A stretch of DNA of 63,414 bases, filler included, from Clostridiaceae bacterium (GTDB taxonomy: Bacteria > Bacillota > Clostridia > CAYPLH01 > DUMO01): assembly GCA_012839865.1 (NCBI GenBank). It is 6 parts of 5 records of this genome, joined end to end, with 100 filler letters (N's around TTAATTAATTAA, not from the genome) between each part and the next. Parts side by side here need not be neighbours in the genome. Positions count along the whole stretch, not along the records: positions 38,700 to 57,773 come from DUMO01000024.1; positions 57,874 to 61,574 come from DUMO01000024.1; 4 more parts are not named here. One strand, given 5' to 3'. This document shows, piece after piece, positions 48,702 to 57,901 of this stretch. The translations under genes and the position numbers were made by a program. Numbering within the stretch: the stretch's first letter is position 1; every line of letters starts with the position of its first letter. Under the pieces are notes generated by a model, which searched no databases, was not told the origin of the DNA, and saw only the letters and a list, made by a program, of their open reading frames with translations.

Positions 48702-50303
48702 ATGAAAGTTCTTATAACTGAAAAAATTGCTGAAGACGGGATTAACATTTTAAAGAAAGGTTTTGACGTTGATGTTAAACTGGGACTTTCTCCCACGGAG
48801 CTGCTTGAAGTTATTGGCGATTATGATGCTCTTATTGTCAGAAGTGCCACTAAAGTAACATCAGAAGTTATTAAAGCAGGCAAAAAGCTTAAGGTTGTCG
48901 GAAGAGCCGGTACGGGAGTCGATAATATAGACCTTGACGCAGCAACCATGCAGGGTGTTATCGTAATAAACACACCCGGCGGAAATTCAGTTGCCGCTGC
49001 CGAGTTGACCATAGGCCTTATTTTTTCAATATTCCGTTCCATACCGCAAGCTTATGCAGCTGGCAAAAGAAAGTTTTATTCAAGAAACAGCTTCAAAGGC
49101 TATGAATTATATGGCAAAACCGCCGGAGTAATCGGCCTTGGGAGAATCGGAACCCTCGTGGCAAAGAGGCTTAAAGCAATGGAAATGCATGTAATTGGTT
49201 ATGATCCTTATGTGCAGGAAGAGTATTTCAAAAAAATGGGAATCAAGAAATGTCAAACCCTTGAAGAACTATTGAAAAAGTCTGACTTGATAACCATTCA
49301 TATTGCAAAAACAAAGGAAACCACAAATCTTCTGGACGAAAAAGAGTTCAGTATCATGAAAGACGGAGTTCGGATCGTGAACTGTGCCCGAGGCGGCATC
49401 ATCAATGAAAAAGCACTTTATAACGCATTGGTCAGCGGCAAGGTTGCAGCAGCCGGTTTGGACGTTCTCGAAAAAGAACCCAAGTTTGAGCTTCCGCCTG
49501 AAGAGCAAACATATGACAATCCTCTTTTGGAACTCGACAATGTAGTTTACCTCCCCCATCTGGGAGCATCGACAATAGAAGCCCAATATAATGTGGGACT
49601 CACCATAGCAAAGGAAGTCGATGCAGCTTTAAGGGGCGAAATGGTTTCTGCCGTCAACATGCCTGCTGTACCTTCAAGTGAACTGGAGACTTTGAAACCA
49701 TACCTGCACCTGGCTGAAAACCTTGGAAAAATATACTTCCAGGCCGAAAAGAATCCCGTGAGCAAAATAGAAATAATTTACAGCGGTGAAGTGGCAAACA
49801 AAAATACAAAAGTTATAACCCTCGCATTTCTCAAGGGTTTATTAACACCTATTACATCCGAAAAGGTGAATTATGTAAATGCTGAAAAACTTGTAAAAAA
49901 TCTTGGCATAGAAATAGTTGAAAGCACAACCAAGGAAGCCAGGGATTACACCAGCCTAATCACCGCAAGATTTTACAACGGCAGACAGCTGGACCTGGCT
50001 GGCACTGTTCTTGATAAGAGAACTGCCAGGATTACTGATTTCTTTGGGTATTATATCAACTTTGAACCGACACCCTATGTTCTGGCCGTCCAAAACGTAG
50101 ACCAGCCCGGAGTTATCGGAAGTTTGGGCACAATACTCGGTTCTGAAGGAATCAACATAGCTGCCATGCAGGTGAGCAGAAACAAAAAAGGTGAAAAAGC
50201 AGAGGCATTCTTAAGTGTTGACTGCGAAATTCCGGAAAATATACTCGCAAAAATCAGGGAAATCGAAGGCGTACTCAAAGCAACCATGCTGAGGTTTGAT
50301 TAA
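48702..50303 (+). CDS. serA: D-3-phosphoglycerate dehydrogenase (with ASB and ACT domains)
   Basis: GRAGTGVDNID, GLGRIG, NCARGG, PHLGAST, C-terminal ACT DQPGVIG. Confidence 0.93.
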   Translation: MKVLITEKIAEDGINILKKGFDVDVKLGLSPTELLEVIGDYDALIVRSATKVTSEVIKAGKKLKVVGRAGTGVDNIDLDAATMQGVIVINTPGGNSVAAAELTIGLIFSIFRSIPQAYAAGKRKFYSRNSFKGYELYGKTAGVIGLGRIGTLVAKRLKAMEMHVIGYDPYVQEEYFKKMGIKKCQTLEELLKKSDLITIHIAKTKETTNLLDEKEFSIMKDGVRIVNCARGGIINEKALYNALVSGKVAAAGLDVLEKEPKFELPPEEQTYDNPLLELDNVVYLPHLGASTIEAQYNVGLTIAKEVDAALRGEMVSAVNMPAVPSSELETLKPYLHLAENLGKIYFQAEKNPVSKIEIIYSGEVANKNTKVITLAFLKGLLTPITSEKVNYVNAEKLVKNLGIEIVESTTKEARDYTSLITARFYNGRQLDLAGTVLDKRTARITDFFGYYINFEPTPYVLAVQNVDQPGVIGSLGTILGSEGINIAAMQVSRNKKGEKAEAFLSVDCEIPENILAKIREIEGVLKATMLRFD

Positions 50304-50366
50304 TGTTCATTGTCTTTGATTTGTATGTGAGTCTCACCTCTGAAAAAGTTAAGCTGTAAATCAATC

Positions 50367-50396
50367 AGGGAGCAATCAGTTTGGTTGCTCCCTTTT
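50367..50396 (+). terminator. Rho-independent terminator
   Basis: AGGGAGCAATC-agttt-GGTTGCTCCCT-TTT. Confidence 0.7.
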
Positions 50397-50515
50397 CATC
50401 AAAATTGCTTTTGGTCCATTCTATTTCAGTAAAATTGTCAATCGTTGCGCTCTGTTATATAAGGTTTTTATTGCTGCCCTTTTTTTCAAAGTTATTTGGA
50501 TTTGTTCCTTCTTTA

Positions 50516-50911
50516 TCAAGGATGTTTGTGGCTGTACGATTGCTCATTTTTGCCAGTTTTGTGTTTTCCCTTCCGAAACATTTCATATATGCCCATGGCA
50601 AGCAGGAACACCCCAAACCATTTTTTCAGGCTTGAGCCTGCAAGTGAAAAAGCCAGTCTGGAACCAAGGATTGCTCCGCCCAAACCGGAAATTATTATTG
50701 GCAGCGCCATTTTTAAATCTACTCTTTTGTTTCTGATATGTATAATCAGGGCAATTACTGCAGTAGGTATGAAAAACAGCAGATTTACACTTTGGGCTGT
50801 ATGTTGCCCGGGATTTACAAACAACACAAGAGCCGGTATTAATATAGCTCCCCCGCCTATTCCCATTCCGCTTATAATCCCTGAAATAAGGCCTATTAAA
50901 AAAAGTATCAA
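50516..50911 (-). CDS. TauE/SafE-family half-size membrane protein
   Basis: GMGIGGG.IL.P, AQSVNLL, four TM helices. Confidence 0.8.
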   Translation of the reverse strand: MILFLIGLISGIISGMGIGGGAILIPALVLFVNPGQHTAQSVNLLFFIPTAVIALIIHIRNKRVDLKMALPIIISGLGGAILGSRLAFSLAGSSLKKWFGVFLLAMGIYEMFRKGKHKTGKNEQSYSHKHP

Positions 50912-51009
50912 CAGACTGCTCTCCTTCTATATAACCTTAATTTGATTCTCGCCCGGTTCCGGCGGTTGCTTCCCTGCCCTCCGGTTTCCCTATGCAAACA
51001 TGCAACAGG

Positions 51010-51384
51010 CTAATAGGCAATCATTCGAACAGCAGCAATAATCATGAATACTGCAAAGACTTTTCTCAAGATGTTTTCCGGACAGACGTTCAAAAGCTTG
51101 GCACCCAGAAATCCTCCTGCAATTCCGCCCAATACTACCTTAAAGGTAAGATTCCAGTCCACAAAGTTGTTGCTGATGTAAAATACGGCACTGAGAACCG
51201 TCAATGGCAGTATTATTGAAATAGCCGTGGCATGGGCCTTATGTTCATCAGCTCCTAAAACAAGCACCATTGCCGGCACTGCAATGGTACCTCCCCCTGA
51301 ACCGAACAACCCGTTTGCAGTCCCTGTAATCAATCCGATTATTACGCTTTTTACAAGTCTTGATAAATCAGTCTTTCTTTTCAT
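51010..51384 (-). CDS. TauE/SafE-family half-size membrane protein
   Basis: GLFGSGGG..VP, AHATA, four TM helices. Confidence 0.8.
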   Translation of the reverse strand: MKRKTDLSRLVKSVIIGLITGTANGLFGSGGGTIAVPAMVLVLGADEHKAHATAISIILPLTVLSAVFYISNNFVDWNLTFKVVLGGIAGGFLGAKLLNVCPENILRKVFAVFMIIAAVRMIAY

Positions 51385-51474
51385 GAATGCCCTTTCATTA
51401 TCAATCCATCATTACTGTATTATGTTCGGTAAAATGCAAACCTCATATTCATGAAAATGAATTTTCCAAAACTT

Positions 51475-52458
51475 TCACTGCCTGCCCCGGAGTTTCTTTT
51501 TATATTGGTAAGGCGTAATCCCTTCATATTTCTTGAAAATCCTTATAAAGTGGTTTACGTTTTTGAAGCCTGAATCGAGAGCTATCCGGGTTACATCCTT
51601 GTCTGTCTCATACAGTTGGTCCTTTGCATGGGATATCCTCTGAATAATCAAATATGTTTTAAATGTGAAACCGGTTACTTTCTTAAAAACGCGAGATAAA
51701 TAGTACATGTCGGTATAAAACATCTTCGCCAGACTCTCAAGGGATATATCTTCCTTCAGGTTTCTGTCAATAAATTTTTGCACCTCTAAAACTGTTTTCA
51801 TGGTGCCAGTCAGATTTGTAATGGGAAAATACTCTTTATAATTTCTGTATAGCTTTATAAACAGTAAATTTAACCTTGACCTTAAGGCCGATACTGCAAA
51901 TTCCCCCCCTTCCCTGGCTTCATTGTACATTTCCCGGATTTCTTCCAGGATTATATCATCCTTGTTTATTTTTATTACATGCATGAAATAATCAGGTCTC
52001 TGCTTGAATATTGACGCCAGCACCGGCTCATTGATTGTGGAATGGAAATAATCCGGCTTAATCAGGATAAAATATCGTTTGTAAGGGTACTTTACTATTT
52101 TAAACTCATGGGATTCAAAGTTGCTTATAAATATAATGCTTTGGCCTTCCACCATATATTCCCTGTCATTTATGCGAAACAGAACGGTACCTTCCTCGAC
52201 ATATATTATTTCATGGGAGTTGTGATAGTGAGTCTCCATTTCCATGCTGAAGCCTGTTTCATTATATACTATATCTATAAGTTTTTCCCCTTGCCTTTCT
52301 CTTGGAAACCTGCCTTGCACTTCACTTTGGGCCTCACTGTATTCCTTGCTTTCCATCCTGTTTAACTTTTCGCTTTTCATCCCATTTCCCTTATCGTTTT
52401 GCATCTCTATTTCCTCTCCTTTTGATTGCCTTCCTGTCCTGCATCCAGTGAACTGCAT
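51475..52458 (-). CDS. AraC-family regulator with cupin sensor domain (start uncertain)
   Basis: HYHNSHE cupin motif; C-terminal double HTH (SGF...HF.R.FKK..G.TP.QY). Confidence 0.9.
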   Translation of the reverse strand: MQFTGCRTGRQSKGEEIEMQNDKGNGMKSEKLNRMESKEYSEAQSEVQGRFPRERQGEKLIDIVYNETGFSMEMETHYHNSHEIIYVEEGTVLFRINDREYMVEGQSIIFISNFESHEFKIVKYPYKRYFILIKPDYFHSTINEPVLASIFKQRPDYFMHVIKINKDDIILEEIREMYNEAREGGEFAVSALRSRLNLLFIKLYRNYKEYFPITNLTGTMKTVLEVQKFIDRNLKEDISLESLAKMFYTDMYYLSRVFKKVTGFTFKTYLIIQRISHAKDQLYETDKDVTRIALDSGFKNVNHFIRIFKKYEGITPYQYKKKLRGRQ

Positions 52459-52705
52459 TTAGTATTATGCTTATTGTCATAACACAAAAAACGCTAATTT
52501 CTACACAAAATATAGTCTATAAATGCCCAATAACCTAATGTATAATTACAAATAATGATAATTTTATTATACCACTTGAGGGCAGGCCTATAAAGACTGT
52601 AGATGTTGAAATATTAATACTTAAAATTTTTAGCTGTTCTTTACTCAATGCATATTTCAAATAAATTCTTAAAAAAACATGGATAACTTTGAAAAGGATG
52701 ATGAT

Positions 52706-54052
52706 ATGAGTTTCAGGGAGTTTAACTATACCAGTCTCGATGAAGTAATCAGCGATGCACAAAATATGAATATTAATCTTGATTTTTCCAGGGACCTTTC
52801 GATATTGGGGAAAAAGCATAATATAAGCGGATACATAGTTCCAAATTCACTTGTTTTTCACCCAATGGAAGGGTGTGACGGCAATTTTGACGGAAGTCCT
52901 GCTGAGCTGACATTCAGGAGATATGAGCGTTTTGCAAAAGGTGGAGCGGGTCTTCTCTGGTTTGAAGCTACGGCGGTTGTTCATGCGGGAAGAGCCTACC
53001 CCCGGCAGTTGTGGCTTAATGAGAATAATATTTCCGAATTTCAAAGGCTTTTTTCCAAAATAATGTCCGATTCCAGAAATGAGTTCGGAGATGAACACAA
53101 TATGGTGAGCATTATGCAGCTCACCCACTCCGGAAGGTTCAGCAAGCCTGACGGAAAACCTGCACCGGTGCTTGCCTGCCACAATCCATATCTTGATGAA
53201 AAGCAGAATATTGATCCTGACTTGCCTGTTATCAGTGATGATGAACTGGAAAGGCTTGAAGAAACCTTTGAAAATGCGGCAGTTTTGGCCAAAAGGATCG
53301 GATTTCACGGTGTTGATATAAAGTGTTGCCACAGATACTTAAATTCCGGTCTTCTTTCGGCATATACCAGAAAAGGCCGTTATGGAGAAACCTTTGAGGG
53401 ACGCACCAGATTTCTTTTAAATATTATAGACAGGATTAAAAGCAGGCTTGGGAAAGACTTTATTGCAACAACCAGAATTAATATTTATGATGGTATTCCA
53501 TATCCCTATGGCTGGGGTGTTGACAAGGAAGACTATACAAAACCGGATTTTACCGAACCTGTAAAGCTTATAAAAATGCTTTATGACAGAGGTGTTCCCG
53601 TTATAAACGTCACCATGGGGACGCCCTACTATAATCCTCATGTCAACAGGCCTTACGATAAAGGTGGTTACATACCGGAAGAACACCCCCTCAAAGGAAT
53701 TGCAAGACTTGTAGAGGGTGCCGCCCAAATCCAGAAGGCAGTACCCGGCATGGCTGTAGTCGGTACCGGCTACAGCTGGCTCAGGCAATTCTCTCCCTAC
53801 CTTGCAGCCGGAAGCCTTCTGAATGGAAAAGCCACTCTTATCGGATATGGCCGGGAGTCCTTTGCATATCCGGATTTTGCAAAAGACATTCTGCAATCCG
53901 GCGGATTAAATAAAGGAAAGTGCTGCATCACCTGCGGAAAGTGTACCGAATTGATGAGAGCGGGTGCAGTGGTAGGTTGTGTGGTAAAAGACTCCGGGAT
54001 TTATGCTCCGCTATATAAGGAATATGTTCTTGAGAAATCCAAAAAGGCATAA
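52706..54052 (+). CDS. NADH:flavin oxidoreductase (Old Yellow Enzyme family) with C-terminal Cys cluster
   Basis: HPMEG, GGAGLLWFEA, QLTHSGR, GFHGVDIKCCHRYL, CITCGKC...C. Confidence 0.85.
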   Translation: MSFREFNYTSLDEVISDAQNMNINLDFSRDLSILGKKHNISGYIVPNSLVFHPMEGCDGNFDGSPAELTFRRYERFAKGGAGLLWFEATAVVHAGRAYPRQLWLNENNISEFQRLFSKIMSDSRNEFGDEHNMVSIMQLTHSGRFSKPDGKPAPVLACHNPYLDEKQNIDPDLPVISDDELERLEETFENAAVLAKRIGFHGVDIKCCHRYLNSGLLSAYTRKGRYGETFEGRTRFLLNIIDRIKSRLGKDFIATTRINIYDGIPYPYGWGVDKEDYTKPDFTEPVKLIKMLYDRGVPVINVTMGTPYYNPHVNRPYDKGGYIPEEHPLKGIARLVEGAAQIQKAVPGMAVVGTGYSWLRQFSPYLAAGSLLNGKATLIGYGRESFAYPDFAKDILQSGGLNKGKCCITCGKCTELMRAGAVVGCVVKDSGIYAPLYKEYVLEKSKKA

Positions 54053-54151
54053 TACCGGAGACTCTGCATTCTCTGTTAATAAACTTTAACAAGGAAAGCA
54101 ATTGTCAACAAATGAGTTTATAATCATGAAACAAAACCGGGAGGTAATATT

Positions 54152-54925
54152 ATGACAAAGAAAACAGCTCTAATAACCGGAGCGGGAAGAGGAATAGGAA
54201 ACGGAATTGCAGTTAAGCTGGCCCAGGACGGATATGACATTGCAATTATGGACATACATGATGAAGAAGCAATTTCCGACAATTTGAAAAAGGTGCAGGA
54301 TGAAGGTGCACAGGTTGTTTACCTGAAAGGTGATATTACAAAAAAGGAAGACAGGACAATTGTTTTGGATGCAATAATGCGAAGATTCGGAAGACTGGAT
54401 GTCCATGTCAACAACGCAGGAGTAGGACTCAAAAAGAGAATGGATATTCTCGAAACTACCGAGGAAAGTTATGACTTTGTAATGAATATCAACCTTAAAG
54501 GCACGTTTTTCTTTACCCAGGAAGTTGCCAACCTGATGATAAAAGAGTTAGACAAAATTGAGGGAATCAATCCCAGGATAATTAATATATCTTCAATGTC
54601 AGCGTATACCTCATCCACCAACAGAGGCGAGTATTGCATTTCAAAGGCCGGCATAAGCATGGTTACAACACTCTTTGCAGACAGGCTGGCTGAGTATGGA
54701 ATACCTGTTTTTGAAATACGTCCGGGAATAATTTTTACCGATATGACCAAGGTAGTCAAGGACAAATATGACAAGCTTATTTCCGAAGGTATTACTCCGA
54801 TAAAAAGATGGGGTTATCCCGAGGATATAGCGAAGGCCGTATCCGCCCTTTGCACCGGTAATTTTGATTTTTCAACCGGACAGGTAATTAATGTGGATGG
54901 AGGTTTTCATATAAGAAGATTGTGA
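54152..54925 (+). CDS. Short-chain dehydrogenase/reductase
   Basis: TGAGRGIG, NNAG, YCISK. Confidence 0.92.
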   Translation: MTKKTALITGAGRGIGNGIAVKLAQDGYDIAIMDIHDEEAISDNLKKVQDEGAQVVYLKGDITKKEDRTIVLDAIMRRFGRLDVHVNNAGVGLKKRMDILETTEESYDFVMNINLKGTFFFTQEVANLMIKELDKIEGINPRIINISSMSAYTSSTNRGEYCISKAGISMVTTLFADRLAEYGIPVFEIRPGIIFTDMTKVVKDKYDKLISEGITPIKRWGYPEDIAKAVSALCTGNFDFSTGQVINVDGGFHIRRL

Positions 54926-55043
54926 TTTTTTTGCAAAGGCTGATTACGCTTTCTGCATATCCATTTGCGCTGGTAATCGTGATTTCCCGCATAAAGACTG
55001 ATTCTTGCCCTTTTGGGTGTATCAATATTAAGGAAAGGAGTAG

Positions 55044-57098
55044 TTGCGCCATAACCTTCACTTTAATGTGAAGAATTATCCGGCGCAGCAGTGTGAAATG
55101 TATACGGATAATATAAACATTAACGGTAATAAAATAACAGTGCATAGTTTCAATACGGTTATAGTGGGTACCGGAGCGGCGGGCTTTAACGCTGCCGACA
55201 CCCTTTATTCGCTGGGTCAGAAGGATATTGCCATAGTCACCGAAGGCATTAACATGGGAACATCAAGAAACACAGGCTCGGACAAACAGACTTATTACAA
55301 GCTTACTCTTGCTGGGGATACTCCCGATTCAGTAAAGGAAATGGCCGAAACTCTTTTTGGCGGCGGGTCCATGCATGGAGATATAGCTCTGATTGAAGCA
55401 GCCCTTTCAGCCAAGTCCTTTTACAAACTTGCAGAGATAGGTGTGCCCTTCCCTCATAATAAGTATGGTGAATATATCGGATATAAGACAGACCATGACC
55501 CGAGGCAGCGGGCAACCTCGGCGGGACCTTTGACATCAAAATACATGACTGAAAGATTGGAAGCACAGGTTAAACAAAAAGGTATAAAAATTTTTGACAG
55601 GCACCAGGTTATTGGAATACTTACAGACCGTCAGGGTACAGAGCCAAAAGCAGCGGGCCTTATTGCACTGGACCTCGACTCTTTGGCTGAAGCAAAAGTT
55701 GTGTTGTTTAACTGTACCAACATTATTTATGCCACCGGGGGGCCGGCGGGCATGTACCTTACATCAGTATACCCCGAGAGCCAGTCCGGAGCTTCCGGAA
55801 TTGCTTTTGAAGCCGGTGCCAAAGGAATCAATCTTACCGAATCCCAGTACGGAATCGCATCAATCAAGTTTCGCTGGAACCTTTCAGGTACCTATCAACA
55901 GGTAATACCCCGCTACATATCGACAGATGCCAATGGCGGCGATGAAAAAGAGTTCCTTGACGAATATTTTGATGAACCGGGAAAAATGCTGGACGCTATT
56001 TTCCTGAAGGGCTACCAGTGGCCCTTCGACCCTCGGAAAATAAGCAATTTTGGTTCATCCCTGATTGACATACTCGTTTATAATGAGACACAAATAAAAG
56101 GCCGCAGAGTATTCCTGGACTTTACAAGGAACCCTTCCCGGGGAAGCAGAAACGGTGAACTTGATTTTTCGCTTCTTGGAAAAGAAAGCTATGAATATCT
56201 GAAAAACTCAAATGCCCTGTTCGGGACGCCTATCGAAAGGCTTAAAAAAATGAATCGACCTGCAATCGACCTTTATATGAACAATGGAATCGACCTTACA
56301 AAAGAATATCTTGAAATTGCAGTTTGCGCCCAGCACAATAATGGAGGCCTCATGGGCAACATCTGGTGGGAAAGCAATCTTCGCCATTTCTTCCCCGTAG
56401 GCGAAGTAAACGGAACCTTCGGCGTATACCGGCCAGGTGGCTCAGCTCTTAATTCAACACAGGTAGGCAGCCTGAGAGCAGCCCAGTATATCTGTTGCAA
56501 TTACAGGGAAGAACCTCCCAGCCTCCCCTCTTTCCTGGATAAGGTTGAAAAGCAGGTTGCCGATAAATTAAGCCTGATTTCAGCCCTCAAGTCAAATACA
56601 TGCAATAAGGATGTTATGGAGCTTAAAGTGAAATACAAAAAAAGAATGACAAAATGCGGAGCCCACATAAGGTCCCTTGAATCGGTGGAATCTGCAATTA
56701 CAGAGTGTATCAATGATCTTAAGGAATTTGCTTCCAAGACAGCTGCAAGATCAACCCACGAGCTTTCCGAAGCCTTTAAGAACAGAGATATTCTTATAAC
56801 ACAGTTCGTGTATCTGAATGCAATAAGAGAATACATTAAAAATGGCGGCAGAAGCCGTGGCTCTTATCTTGTAAAGGACCCCGGCGGGATTTTGCCAATT
56901 GAAGGATTATCGGAAGAATTTCGTTTCACCCTTGATAGTGGCGAAATGAACAAGAAAGTCTGTGAAATTGAGCTAAAGGTTTCAGATGATAAATATGAGT
57001 GTTCAGCCGAATGGAAACCGGTCCGCCCCATCCCGGCTGAAGACAATTGGTTTGAAAACGTCTGGAACGATTACATGAAAGGAAGAATAATCGTATAA
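55044..57098 (+). CDS. SdhA/FrdA/NadB-like FAD-binding oxidoreductase (start 55044 or 55098)
   Basis: VIVGTGAAG, YATGG, QHNNGGL, GEVNG..G.YRPGGSAL. Confidence 0.75.
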   Translation: MRHNLHFNVKNYPAQQCEMYTDNININGNKITVHSFNTVIVGTGAAGFNAADTLYSLGQKDIAIVTEGINMGTSRNTGSDKQTYYKLTLAGDTPDSVKEMAETLFGGGSMHGDIALIEAALSAKSFYKLAEIGVPFPHNKYGEYIGYKTDHDPRQRATSAGPLTSKYMTERLEAQVKQKGIKIFDRHQVIGILTDRQGTEPKAAGLIALDLDSLAEAKVVLFNCTNIIYATGGPAGMYLTSVYPESQSGASGIAFEAGAKGINLTESQYGIASIKFRWNLSGTYQQVIPRYISTDANGGDEKEFLDEYFDEPGKMLDAIFLKGYQWPFDPRKISNFGSSLIDILVYNETQIKGRRVFLDFTRNPSRGSRNGELDFSLLGKESYEYLKNSNALFGTPIERLKKMNRPAIDLYMNNGIDLTKEYLEIAVCAQHNNGGLMGNIWWESNLRHFFPVGEVNGTFGVYRPGGSALNSTQVGSLRAAQYICCNYREEPPSLPSFLDKVEKQVADKLSLISALKSNTCNKDVMELKVKYKKRMTKCGAHIRSLESVESAITECINDLKEFASKTAARSTHELSEAFKNRDILITQFVYLNAIREYIKNGGRSRGSYLVKDPGGILPIEGLSEEFRFTLDSGEMNKKVCEIELKVSDDKYECSAEWKPVRPIPAEDNWFENVWNDYMKGRIIV

Positions 57099-57164
57099 CA
57101 AAGCGTTAACGAACCATCAACCCTGGTACTTCAATACGGTAATATCAAAGAAGTTAAGCTGGAA

Positions 57165-57374
57165 AAATGAAATGTGTACAGAATAATAACAATTGGCTTT
57201 ATTTTGTTAGAAAACCAAGGTGAGCTGAAGGTAAAAATGCGTTAAAAAACAGGATGTTTTTTTAGCTTTTTCAAGCCATGGATGGCGAGTAAAAAGCGGT
57301 AGCATTTTTGCCTTCAGCGAACCGTTGGTTTTCTCAAAATAAGAGCCTTGTAATATTCTGCACACATTTCATTT
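57165..57374 (+). mobile_element. MITE-like element, 210 bp with 21-bp TIRs
   Basis: AAATGAAATGTGTACAGAATA / TATTCTGCACACATTTCATTT (1 mismatch), with nested internal IRs. Confidence 0.8.
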
Positions 57375-57467
57375 GCTTAGTGTTTTCTGAATGTATTGAA
57401 AAAACTGTATCAGGGTTGATGGTTCATTTGCAGCAACGTCCAAATGATAATATTTCATCAGTTTTTA

Positions 57468-57773
57468 TCAGGAGGCATTTTTTATTTCTTCTTCAATTGA
57501 TTCGATTTCCTTCTCAATATCTTCCTTTGTTATTGTACTTAGAAAAGTCAATTTATAATCCAGAGCTTTTTTAACGGCATCAAGAGCTTTCTCCGGTCCA
57601 TCCGTCTTTCTCAGTATTCTTCCATAATTGTACCATGCCTCAGGAAAAGCCGGATTTTTGGCAATCAATTTCTCATGAATTTCCTTTGCTTTATCATATT
57701 GCCCCAAAAGATAATAGCAGTTTCCGACATTGTCCAGTATTACTGTATTATCATTATTGTATTCATAAGCCTC
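57468..57773 (-). CDS. TPR-repeat protein, C-terminal fragment
   Basis: ...ILDNVGNCYYLLGQYDKAKEIHEKLIAKNPAFPEAWYNYG...; frame open into the gap. Confidence 0.8.
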   Translation of the reverse strand, partial: EAYEYNNDNTVILDNVGNCYYLLGQYDKAKEIHEKLIAKNPAFPEAWYNYGRILRKTDGPEKALDAVKKALDYKLTFLSTITKEDIEKEIESIEEEIKNAS

Positions 57774-57873
57774 NNNNNNNNNNNNNNNNNNNNNNNNNNN
57801 NNNNNNNNNNNNNNNNNTTAATTAATTAANNNNNNNNNNNNNNNNNNNNNNNNNNNNNNNNNNNNNNNNNNNN
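57774..57873. other. Assembly spacer
   Basis: N/TTAATTAATTAA/N. Confidence 0.99.
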
Positions 57874-57901
57874 GAGGATATATTAAGTTTAGCCTGAAAA
57901 A

